IMG/VR virus record: IMGVR_UViG_3300026512_000014
Coordinates: 1-60,996 of that record
DNA length: 60,996 nt
From: a virus
Lineage: Duplodnaviria; Caudoviricetes
Strand: one strand, 5' to 3'
In this document: piece after piece, positions 50,088 to 59,512 of the stretch
How positions within the stretch are numbered: the stretch's first letter is position 1
Layout of the letters: each line of letters begins with the position of its first letter
The notes under the pieces: generated by a model
The model's input: the letters and a program-made list of their open reading frames with translations, nothing else
The model's database searches: none
Told to the model about the DNA's origin: nothing
Program-made: the position numbers and the translations under genes

Positions 50088-50482
50088 TGGCTGGTCATTA
50101 TACAGAAGAATTTAAAAAAGAATATGAAAAAAAACAAAATAAAAGAACTCAACCTGAAAAAGGGAAACTATTAAAATATTCTAATACGTCAAAAGCATAT
50201 ATTCTTGCAACAGATAATGCAGTTGAAGTTGTTGCAGATAATAATGGGTTATATATAACCCAAGATGCAGGAACAATATTCAGTGGACCAATAGGATATA
50301 CAGAACCATGGAATAGAATGAAATTTGCAGGTACATATAGAGGAAACCCAATGGTGCATTCTAATTTGCCAAGTACAATAAATACTCCAATCCCTTTATT
50401 TGTATGGGATTTTCCTTATGAAAATATAAAAGCACTTTATATTAACGAAATAGTAAAAACAGTTATTGGGGGATTATTATGA
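50087..50482 (+). CDS. Baseplate protein
   Basis: ATG at 50087 (TAATG coupling, GGAGG SD) preferred over the track start at 50051. Confidence 0.6.
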   Translation: MAGHYTEEFKKEYEKKQNKRTQPEKGKLLKYSNTSKAYILATDNAVEVVADNNGLYITQDAGTIFSGPIGYTEPWNRMKFAGTYRGNPMVHSNLPSTINTPIPLFVWDFPYENIKALYINEIVKTVIGGLL

Positions 50483-50877
50483 CAGATATTTATATAAATA
50501 ACACAGGTGATTTAAAGATATCTAACACGGGTGATATACAACTTGTTACAGATGAAAATGAGTTAATGCAACAATTATATATAGCAATAAATGAAGATAT
50601 AAAACATGCTCCTATTACAGTTTATGATACAAATCTTTCTATGTTTGAAGGCGAAATAATAGATGATAACATAATAGAATATATTAAAACAAAAATTACT
50701 AATGCTGTTAAAACAATTTCACGTAATTTTAAAACAGATATAACACATTTTATTTCAAATAATAATAATAATTTGTATTTAAATATATTAATTCAAGATA
50801 TATCAAAAAATAATAAACAGTACAAAATTCTTATAAGAATTACAAGTGATAATGTATATATCACTAATCAAACTTGA
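50479..50877 (+). CDS. Baseplate wedge / sheath initiator (gp25-like)
   Basis: GDLKISNTGDIQLV..ELMQQL; size; position before baseplate J. Confidence 0.75.
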   Translation: MTDIYINNTGDLKISNTGDIQLVTDENELMQQLYIAINEDIKHAPITVYDTNLSMFEGEIIDDNIIEYIKTKITNAVKTISRNFKTDITHFISNNNNNLYLNILIQDISKNNKQYKILIRITSDNVYITNQT

Positions 50878-50901
50878 TAATATATTGACGAGGAGTTAAT
50901 T

Positions 50902-52101
50902 ATGTTAATAGAGAAAACACAACAAGAATATTTAGAAATAATAAAAAAAGCGATACTTGAAAATACAGAGATTAAAACATTATCACCTGCAAGTTTTATA
51001 TATAAATTAGCAAATGCTTTTGCAAATGTTGGTATTACAATTAGTGATATATGGAATAAATCTCTAATTAATTCTTTATTAAGTTATGCCACTGGTAATT
51101 ATTTAGACCTTATTGGTCAATCAATGAATATCACAAGACGTGGGACAGAATATGCACAAGTTTTTGAAACAGAAAATAATTTTTGTTTTTATGTTGATAC
51201 GGGAACATTTGGAAATATAAATAGTGGTAACAATATACTTGTTCCAGCAGGGACTATAATTTCAACAGAACCAGACATAAATGGTGAAAAAACAAAATTC
51301 ATTATTACAAGTGATATTATTCTTCTTGCATCGGAACAAAAACATTATTTTTCAGCAGAAGCAACAAAAGAAGGAGAAATCGTATTAGCACCACATACAG
51401 TTATTGAACATACTGTTGCATCATATGCAGATGCAATTAATAATACGCTTAAGGTTACAAATGAAAAACCCATTGCAGCAGGACAATACATAGAATCTGA
51501 TGATGAATATAGGTATAGAATATCTAATGCATTATTGTCATTTCAAGCAGGTAATAAGCAGGCAATATTGTCATCATTGACATCTGTGCCTGGAATAGCA
51601 GATATTAAAATAATTAACAATGAGAAAGGCCTTGGAACTGCAAATGTATATATAATGCCACAAATACCAGGACCAGACGAAAGTATAGTAAGGATAGCAA
51701 AAAATGTTATAGAACCAATTAAAACACTTGGTTCAGATATAGGAGTATATAATCCAAAATTTATAGGGATAGAACTTTCATGTACCCTTGTGTTTTCTGA
51801 AAATACACCAGAACATGAAAAACCACATATAAGAAAACAAGTTCAAGAGAATATAATAAAATACATAAATAATATACCAATAGGTGAACCATTAATTATT
51901 GCGCAATTAATAAAAGAGATTCTTAATACATCCGATTATATTATAAAATTGCACAATAATACATTTGATTCATTTTATGCTTATAAGCCAACTGTGTATA
52001 ACAATAGAATTAGACTTAATATCTATAAAGATATTTATGTACAAGAATATGAAAAAATATTAATAGAATATACAATAAAAAATCCAGTGGTGGTTAAATA
52101 A
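50902..52101 (+). CDS. Baseplate J-like wedge protein
   Basis: ATGNYLDLIG..ITR, VPAGT, VTN..AG..ESDDEYRYRI, SVPGI. Confidence 0.92.
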   Translation: MLIEKTQQEYLEIIKKAILENTEIKTLSPASFIYKLANAFANVGITISDIWNKSLINSLLSYATGNYLDLIGQSMNITRRGTEYAQVFETENNFCFYVDTGTFGNINSGNNILVPAGTIISTEPDINGEKTKFIITSDIILLASEQKHYFSAEATKEGEIVLAPHTVIEHTVASYADAINNTLKVTNEKPIAAGQYIESDDEYRYRISNALLSFQAGNKQAILSSLTSVPGIADIKIINNEKGLGTANVYIMPQIPGPDESIVRIAKNVIEPIKTLGSDIGVYNPKFIGIELSCTLVFSENTPEHEKPHIRKQVQENIIKYINNIPIGEPLIIAQLIKEILNTSDYIIKLHNNTFDSFYAYKPTVYNNRIRLNIYKDIYVQEYEKILIEYTIKNPVVVK

Positions 52102-53858
52102 TGTATTATATACAAAGTTTTGTAGATTATTTAAGAATTACACCAAAAAACTTTTATACAAAATTAAATATTGAACGTAATCAAGAGTTATATAATACAT
52201 CAGTTATAGATTTCGCAAGTGATGTTATAAATCAATATTTAGATGATAGGTATGATATTACTCAAAAACCATTTGGCACAGGTAATAATTTAATTGACGC
52301 TTTTGCAAAACCAATAATTGATTTGTTTCACAATGCAGTTGAAACATCTGAAAATATGTTTCTTGAAATATATAATCCCAAAAAAGCAATTTATTATGAA
52401 GTCCCATTAAATTATAATTATGACAACAAAATAACATTGCCAACTGTTATATGCACAACTCCTAAATTTAAAAATAAAATATTTCATGGATTATATCCAA
52501 CCCCCTTAATAAATAAAAATACGATAGTTACTCTTAATAATTTATATCAAAATGATATAGATTATTTTGAACAAACAATTCCTAATAGAATAACAATATC
52601 TATGTATGATACATCAACATTATCTAATGATACAGATACAAATTACTTTACATCTCCAATAACAATTAACAACACACATTCATTTGTTGCTAACAACCCA
52701 TATCAATTAATCTATCCATCAAGATTATTTATTAAACTTGATGGTATTCAATATTTCTATAACGAAGATGCGCCAACTCAACTTGCTTACATCACTATAA
52801 AAGGCACAAGACAAAATGGCGCTATATATGAAGAAACAATAAAAGTTTTATCAAACACAACGGTAAGTACAGAGCATGAATATACTAATTTCATAGAAAT
52901 AAAAATAAATAATGTATATCCAATAAACGGGATTACTATCAATGTTATTCCTGCTTATTTAAATAATTCTGTTATTGATATAAAAGATAATTATTACTCA
53001 ACAAAATATGGTTATTATAAAAATATATGGGCGCAAATAGACACAGAAACAAATGGTACAGACAATTACAATGCTATAAGATTTTACTCATATTCAAATA
53101 TAAATAAAGAAGTTTTACTTGCTGGATTAACAGAACTTGATTTAAAATATGTTGCCGTACTAAATAATGAATATTCAAATATATTATCATTAGACACATT
53201 TGATAAAATATTAATTGACCAAGACAGAAGTAAAATATATGCTTTCAAAGACAATACTTTATATTTATATAACTTATATTTACCAATGCCGCCAAAAGAA
53301 ATGCTTGACATTATGAAAACTGAATATACAAATAGAATTAGATTAAGAAGCAATTTTACTTTTCCAGACATAAATGAAGAAGTTATAATTTATGTTGACC
53401 AACCTGATATTACAAAAAGAATAACATCATTAAAATTATACGTTCACACACTAACACCTGCTGGAACCATATTAAAAACACAACTTGAAGAAATTAATCT
53501 TGATGCGCCATCATATTTATTACCAAAAGACACAAAGTTTAAATATGAATTTGACGAACCAGGATTTTATTTATTTGAAGCAGAGGGATATTATGAAGAC
53601 CAAACACGTTCATCATATTTCTTACCATTATGGATTCCGGTATTAAAACCGTTAGTAAAATTTGATTTAACCGACAGTGAGGTTGCTGATAATATATCAT
53701 ATGACTATGGATTTGTATCGAGAGACGGAAAAATAATTTTAATGGACAATTTATTTACACAAATAACAGAAATAAGATTTAATAAAGATATATATTTTAT
53801 TGACATAAACAAACTTATATTGTATGAAAAATATGATAATATAGAAGTGGAGGTATAA
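52101..53858 (+). CDS. Baseplate-associated structural protein
   Basis: 585 aa coupled to baseplate J. Confidence 0.7.
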   Translation: MYYIQSFVDYLRITPKNFYTKLNIERNQELYNTSVIDFASDVINQYLDDRYDITQKPFGTGNNLIDAFAKPIIDLFHNAVETSENMFLEIYNPKKAIYYEVPLNYNYDNKITLPTVICTTPKFKNKIFHGLYPTPLINKNTIVTLNNLYQNDIDYFEQTIPNRITISMYDTSTLSNDTDTNYFTSPITINNTHSFVANNPYQLIYPSRLFIKLDGIQYFYNEDAPTQLAYITIKGTRQNGAIYEETIKVLSNTTVSTEHEYTNFIEIKINNVYPINGITINVIPAYLNNSVIDIKDNYYSTKYGYYKNIWAQIDTETNGTDNYNAIRFYSYSNINKEVLLAGLTELDLKYVAVLNNEYSNILSLDTFDKILIDQDRSKIYAFKDNTLYLYNLYLPMPPKEMLDIMKTEYTNRIRLRSNFTFPDINEEVIIYVDQPDITKRITSLKLYVHTLTPAGTILKTQLEEINLDAPSYLLPKDTKFKYEFDEPGFYLFEAEGYYEDQTRSSYFLPLWIPVLKPLVKFDLTDSEVADNISYDYGFVSRDGKIILMDNLFTQITEIRFNKDIYFIDINKLILYEKYDNIEVEV

Positions 53859-53859
53859 A

Positions 53860-54285
53860 ATGAGTGGTATAACAAATAGAGGAGCAAAAATAGTTTTAGA
53901 TACATTTACGCAAGCACAATCTACTAATCAATATAAATTAGCATTATGCACTGCTACAACAATTCCTGATGCAACGACAAATACGTTATCGGAATTAACA
54001 GAAATAGCAGCAGGAAATGGATATATTGCAGGCGGCATTACCATTAATGCCCCAACCTCAATAGAAGATGATGCTAATAATAATGCAACTGTTACTTTCC
54101 CTGATGTAACATTTCAAGCAACTGGGGGAACAATTCCTGCGTCTGGTGATGGCATATCATATGCAGTGGTTGTTGACCAAAATCAAAATGTTATTGCATG
54201 GTATGAATTGGGCGGACCATACCAAATATTAGATGGTGGCAAATTAATAATAAAAGAAATGACATTTACAATATCAACGGTATAG
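53860..54285 (+). CDS. Tail fibre attachment-type protein
   Basis: ITN.G, KLAL, ELTE..GNGY..GG, VTFQATGG motifs typical of small tail proteins. Confidence 0.7.
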   Translation: MSGITNRGAKIVLDTFTQAQSTNQYKLALCTATTIPDATTNTLSELTEIAAGNGYIAGGITINAPTSIEDDANNNATVTFPDVTFQATGGTIPASGDGISYAVVVDQNQNVIAWYELGGPYQILDGGKLIIKEMTFTISTV

Positions 54286-54295
54286 GGGAATATAA

Positions 54296-55591
54296 ATGGC
54301 ATATAAATCATATGTATGTAGGTCTGGTATCAATGTTAATACATTTATACAAGATTTAGAAAACTGGTTTAATGAAGCAGGATATACACTTGTAGATAGT
54401 GATGGAGATTATTCTTCTGGATATAAAGTATATACAAACAATGGGTCAGAAAACGGAGAATATTTACCATTTTATGTTATAATTTCTTATGGTTCGGCAA
54501 AACAATTTGGTACAATTGGAGACACATGTGATGCTAATAAGGTGTATATAAATCCATGTAGATATTGGGACAAAACAAGAAAAGAACCATATGGTATTAT
54601 AGGATATGCATCAAGTGTTAATGTAACTTCATCTGCTGGATATTTTTGGTGGATATATGGAAGTAGAAACAATTTATTTGTTATAACGAAAGTTGATACA
54701 TCATATTCTGGATTAACATATTTTTACCCTGATACATTGGCAATAAATGCAAATGCCAAGGTTACAACTGCAATAAATGCTGGTATAAATGTATGGGTTG
54801 AAGTTGATAATGTTGCAGATTTTTATAGAATTAACGAACCTGTCAACATAATAAAAGCAGACTTATCTGGTTCATTTTCTGCAAAATTATTAGATATAGA
54901 TATTACAAACAATAAATTATTATTATCACATATCCCAGATTTAGAAATTGGCGATATGATAGGTTTTCATCCATGCCCATTAATAAAAAGTAACAGTAAA
55001 TTGCTTGCACAGGGGTATAAATCTGAAGATTATTTAAATTTATTATATGGAATGTATTCGTCATTGTCAACAAATTCAAAAGAAATAGGCGATATTCAAA
55101 ACCAATTTATAAAAGATATTGCTCCAGCATATTTCCTTGACCAACACCAACTTGACCCTGATTTTTATACAAACAAATATGCATTTTCACCAATTATATT
55201 AAACTTGATAGCATTAAATGGTAAGAAAGTAACAGAACTTATTGGATATATGAATGATTTTATAATGTTTTCAACATCAAACCCTGGAGATGAAGCACTA
55301 ATGACATCTGATGCATTGGTTGACTCATATGCAACTGGTGGGACTTCAAATACACTTGTTGATACTAATCAATCATTTGATAATTATACAGATTATTATA
55401 TTGTTATTTATGCAGGCAAGGGATATGGACAGACAAGAAAAATACAATCAAATACATCTGATACAATAACAGTATATAAAGATTGGGACGAAGTCCCAGA
55501 TTCAACAAGTAAATATCAAATAGTAAAATATGTATATAGAAACTTTACATTCCCAGAACAAGACATTGTAATAAAAGAAAGTGTAGAATAA
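54296..55591 (+). CDS. Tail fibre / receptor-binding-like protein, paralogue 1
   Basis: Beta-rich; C-terminal GKGYGQTRKIQSNTSDTITV..W..PDSTS.Y module. Confidence 0.7.
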   Translation: MAYKSYVCRSGINVNTFIQDLENWFNEAGYTLVDSDGDYSSGYKVYTNNGSENGEYLPFYVIISYGSAKQFGTIGDTCDANKVYINPCRYWDKTRKEPYGIIGYASSVNVTSSAGYFWWIYGSRNNLFVITKVDTSYSGLTYFYPDTLAINANAKVTTAINAGINVWVEVDNVADFYRINEPVNIIKADLSGSFSAKLLDIDITNNKLLLSHIPDLEIGDMIGFHPCPLIKSNSKLLAQGYKSEDYLNLLYGMYSSLSTNSKEIGDIQNQFIKDIAPAYFLDQHQLDPDFYTNKYAFSPIILNLIALNGKKVTELIGYMNDFIMFSTSNPGDEALMTSDALVDSYATGGTSNTLVDTNQSFDNYTDYYIVIYAGKGYGQTRKIQSNTSDTITVYKDWDEVPDSTSKYQIVKYVYRNFTFPEQDIVIKESVE

Positions 55592-55601
55592 GGAGTTTAT
55601 T

Positions 55602-57761
55602 ATGGCATATATAACACATTTTAACATACCGCTAACCACATCAGGACAATTAATAACAAAATTAGATTCATATTTACAAGATATTGGATTTATTAGAGAA
55701 GACCATGATTATACACTTGACGTGAACAATGACCCTGCTGTTGGTTGGATTATATATTCAACACAAGGAGAATCATCACAAGAACCAAAGAATTATTTTA
55801 GAGTATATTTCGGTGGATATGACGGTTCAGATTCAACAAAAATTTATTTTGATGCATTTTATTATTGGGACACAGCAAGTCATGTTGGTATTGGTAAAAA
55901 TAAAAATGCCAAAACCATTAATATATCATCATCTATTCAATATTTTATGACAATAATTGGTAATAAAGATTTAGTATATATAGAAACAAATATTAACAAT
56001 TCGTTTACTGGATTATTTTTTGGACTTGTGTCTAATAAATTATATTATCCACAAACAACAACATCTGCAAATGTTAATGCGGGTTCTAATGTTCAAATTA
56101 CTGTAAATGATACATCTATATTTACATTAAATGAAAAATATAGTATATATGGACAGAACGGAGAAGGAAGAGAAACATTTTTGTGTACAAATATCGACAC
56201 ATCAACAAATACGATAACAGTTGATTCATTATCCATAAATTATCAATCAGGTGCTATTATTGGTAGAAACGTATACACAGGATTTGTAATGACATCTCCT
56301 TCATCTATTGGATTTCATACCATGGAACATGATGTTACTGGAACTAACAATGTCGGATATGAAGGTAATTTGTATAAAGATATTTTATATGGAGACTGGA
56401 ACAATATATTTAACAAAAGAATGCTTGGATATTTTGCATGTAATAAAAGATATCAAGTTTGCGGGTACTTTAATGATAATTTTAGATGTTCATATGATAA
56501 TGAATTAGAACATGGAGATTTTGTTTATAATAATAAAGCCATTGACTCGTACATAACCTCCGCAACAGCAAATACAATTAAGGATATATCAGGTGCAGTC
56601 ACATCTGTTGAACCATTAATAGATACATTAACTGAATTTGACCCAGTGACAATGACCGGCTCTGGTATCCAATATTGGCATCAAAATTATTATGACACAG
56701 TCACATTAAGTTCTGATACACCAAGTGGCTCTGGACAATCTGTATATACAAAATATATATACCAAATATTTGATTTATACAGTTATAAAACAAATATAGA
56801 TGCAGGTCTCGGGAAATTACAAATTGAGTTTATGAGAAAAAATAATTCAACAATTACTCTTGAAATATTATTTTATGGCCATGGCGCTCCACCATTATAT
56901 ACATATACAGAAGATTTTGCGGCTGCATCAACATGGACATCTACAACATCACAACAAATAATAATTCCCGAAACAACAAGGTTTATTATAATGAAGTTAA
57001 AATCAAACTATAATGTATATATAGATGATGTTATTGCAACATATACAGATGGGACAAATACAGACAATACATTAATTAAAAATGGAAGTTTTGAGGATAC
57101 ATGTAATAGATTATCAACGTCTGGTTATAAATATGACGGCATTATGCATAATTGGTTTGATAAATCTAAATATAGCCTAATCGGGTCAGGGACAGAGTTT
57201 TCTAAAACAGTTGATGTATCGGCACATTCAACAACAATAGACGCTGGTAATGCATATTTAAAATGTGACTATCATATAACAGGAGTTTGGTATAGTCAGC
57301 CAAGTGGTGGACATTTACATCATATTATGAATATTAATTTTTTAGATTCTTCTGGTAATATAATTTCTTCAACATCTCTTGATTCATTTTATGATTGTGT
57401 TGGTGCACATGATTTTATAGATTTAAAAAAAATAATAAATATTCCTGTTAATACAAGGTCTATTACATTTGTCAGAGGTGCTTGGATTTATATCAATCAC
57501 ATGAAAATAGATTATGCAGAAAAACAAGGTTCATCAACATATTCTGGGTTAAACTTAGTAGACAAATATATACTTATAACATTTGGAAAGGGAACTGGGC
57601 AAATGGCAAAAATTATTTCACACACAAGTGACACGTTGACACTTGATAGAGATTTTGATACAATACCTGACAACACATCGGCATATATTATTGTAGATAA
57701 TCTTTATTATGCAACAACAATGGAATATAGTTATACACCTGCATTAATTAAAATGGGATAA
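55602..57761 (+). CDS. Tail fibre / receptor-binding-like protein, paralogue 2, with inserted carbohydrate-binding-like domains
   Basis: Colinear with 54296-55591 plus a ~300-aa insert containing two related segments (IDAG..., IP..TR.I, YIDD / YINH; LIKNGSFE). Confidence 0.7.
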   Translation: MAYITHFNIPLTTSGQLITKLDSYLQDIGFIREDHDYTLDVNNDPAVGWIIYSTQGESSQEPKNYFRVYFGGYDGSDSTKIYFDAFYYWDTASHVGIGKNKNAKTINISSSIQYFMTIIGNKDLVYIETNINNSFTGLFFGLVSNKLYYPQTTTSANVNAGSNVQITVNDTSIFTLNEKYSIYGQNGEGRETFLCTNIDTSTNTITVDSLSINYQSGAIIGRNVYTGFVMTSPSSIGFHTMEHDVTGTNNVGYEGNLYKDILYGDWNNIFNKRMLGYFACNKRYQVCGYFNDNFRCSYDNELEHGDFVYNNKAIDSYITSATANTIKDISGAVTSVEPLIDTLTEFDPVTMTGSGIQYWHQNYYDTVTLSSDTPSGSGQSVYTKYIYQIFDLYSYKTNIDAGLGKLQIEFMRKNNSTITLEILFYGHGAPPLYTYTEDFAAASTWTSTTSQQIIIPETTRFIIMKLKSNYNVYIDDVIATYTDGTNTDNTLIKNGSFEDTCNRLSTSGYKYDGIMHNWFDKSKYSLIGSGTEFSKTVDVSAHSTTIDAGNAYLKCDYHITGVWYSQPSGGHLHHIMNINFLDSSGNIISSTSLDSFYDCVGAHDFIDLKKIINIPVNTRSITFVRGAWIYINHMKIDYAEKQGSSTYSGLNLVDKYILITFGKGTGQMAKIISHTSDTLTLDRDFDTIPDNTSAYIIVDNLYYATTMEYSYTPALIKMG

Positions 57762-57762
57762 C

Positions 57763-58113
57763 ATGGCTATAAGAGAAGCAATTATAACTGATTATACAAT
57801 CAACAAAAATGTAATTAACAATGCGCAATATTATTTATATAAATGTTGCGCTGTGCTTACAAAAACATCAATTATACCATCATATAATGTTAACAAAACT
57901 ATTTTTTTAAATAATTGGAATACTGCTTATTGCCCAAATATAACAATTGTTACGAAAGATACAATTTCTACAAATTATATAATTGATAAAACGTTAATTA
58001 AATCAATATATCAATTCTCTAAAATATGCAATATACCAGGTATATATAATTCTATTATTAACAAATATATAAAATATCCAGAGATAAGGAAAATAGATGG
58101 CAGGAACAACTAA
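57763..58113 (+). CDS. Hypothetical protein with an internal repeat
   Basis: ~30-aa repeat (Y.I/V.K..I..........C....); coupled to neighbours. Confidence 0.6.
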   Translation: MAIREAIITDYTINKNVINNAQYYLYKCCAVLTKTSIIPSYNVNKTIFLNNWNTAYCPNITIVTKDTISTNYIIDKTLIKSIYQFSKICNIPGIYNSIINKYIKYPEIRKIDGRNN

Positions 58114-59512
58114 CTCATCTCAAACTACACAAGTATATGCTCTTATAACATTTAGAGACCTTGATGTTATAATAGATTTATCTAATGACCCCGTTGAAAT
58201 TAAATTAACAACAGAAATAAAATATAATATTGAAATTAATATAACATATAATGCTTTATATCATGCACAAATATTAAACAGTCCAATAGTAAATTTGATA
58301 GACCCACCTGCAGAGTCTAATATAGAACCTGTTGAATTAATACACCATGTGTTTACCGAAAAAGAAATATATCCAATTGTTAAATATAATGAACTTGATG
58401 AATTTGGCAACAGATATCAACTTAAAAGGAAAACAGAAGAAGATTATCTATATCAATTAAAACTTCTTGATGTATTCGCAAATAAATCTAATTCATCTTT
58501 TAATGGAATTATAAATTCTATAATAAGAGAACTTGATTTGTTTAAAGCAGATATTGGATATATACAATATAACTCAACAGTAAGCGAAAGTGATAAAATA
58601 AAATACAGTTTATATATAAACGATACACATTTATATATAATTAATAATGAAGACAATTCACGACTTGTGAATATTCCATTATATTATTCGTTACCAAATG
58701 TGTGGATACCGTCAACAGACTATAATAAATGGGATTTATTATTATTACCAACAGACACAAAATACGGATTACTTTGTTTGTCTGATGGTACAACAGATAT
58801 TACATTAACACTGCCAACAAATTGGAATGTTGGAGATACTTTTATAAATGGAACTGTTCAATTTAAAATAGTCGAATTAGGTGCTTATAGATTATTAACA
58901 GAAGTGGTTGATGAATTTAATGAAAAACAAGATGTATTTGATGTGGTTTTATATTCATATCTTGCTAATAGTTTTAATGATATATATGCGCCATTTATAT
59001 TACCAACAACAAATGTTAAATTAAAACAAAATATAAAGCCAAAGAATTTAGATAAATATATAATACCAAATACTGAAATCTTTAACACACAATTATTTAA
59101 AGTGAATGCGTCTCCATCGTATAATGAATATACAATTGACTATATTAATGGAATTATAACACTTGGAGAAGTAGAAGACGAAATTCTTGTATCCTATTTA
59201 TATAATCAAGAAAAAATAAAAATTACATACATGCCAGTTAAAATATTAAGATTGCAAGAAGAAGATTCTATAAATACATTTTTATATCCAATGTATAAAG
59301 AGAATAAAATTATTAACGAAATAGATTTAAATACATATGAAGAATTAACTCCTGCTTTTAATTACCCATATAAACAATTAAATGCTATAATTAACAAGAT
59401 GGAAGATAAATATCCTTTGCTCTGGTATAATGATACATATACATATAATACATTAGATACATTTGAAATGAATGATGATAATAATAAAACTGAATGTGAG
59501 GTTCAATTATGA
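58097..59512 (+). CDS. Baseplate / tail structural protein
   Basis: LDEFG..L.R, NSSFNGIINSI, YTIDYINGIIT. Confidence 0.7.
   Translation: MAGTTNSSQTTQVYALITFRDLDVIIDLSNDPVEIKLTTEIKYNIEINITYNALYHAQILNSPIVNLIDPPAESNIEPVELIHHVFTEKEIYPIVKYNELDEFGNRYQLKRKTEEDYLYQLKLLDVFANKSNSSFNGIINSIIRELDLFKADIGYIQYNSTVSESDKIKYSLYINDTHLYIINNEDNSRLVNIPLYYSLPNVWIPSTDYNKWDLLLLPTDTKYGLLCLSDGTTDITLTLPTNWNVGDTFINGTVQFKIVELGAYRLLTEVVDEFNEKQDVFDVVLYSYLANSFNDIYAPFILPTTNVKLKQNIKPKNLDKYIIPNTEIFNTQLFKVNASPSYNEYTIDYINGIITLGEVEDEILVSYLYNQEKIKITYMPVKILRLQEEDSINTFLYPMYKENKIINEIDLNTYEELTPAFNYPYKQLNAIINKMEDKYPLLWYNDTYTYNTLDTFEMNDDNNKTECEVQL

Noticed and set aside
54296-57761. Diversity-generating retroelement target
   Set aside because: No near-identical TR/VR nucleotide pair and no reverse transcriptase seen in the window
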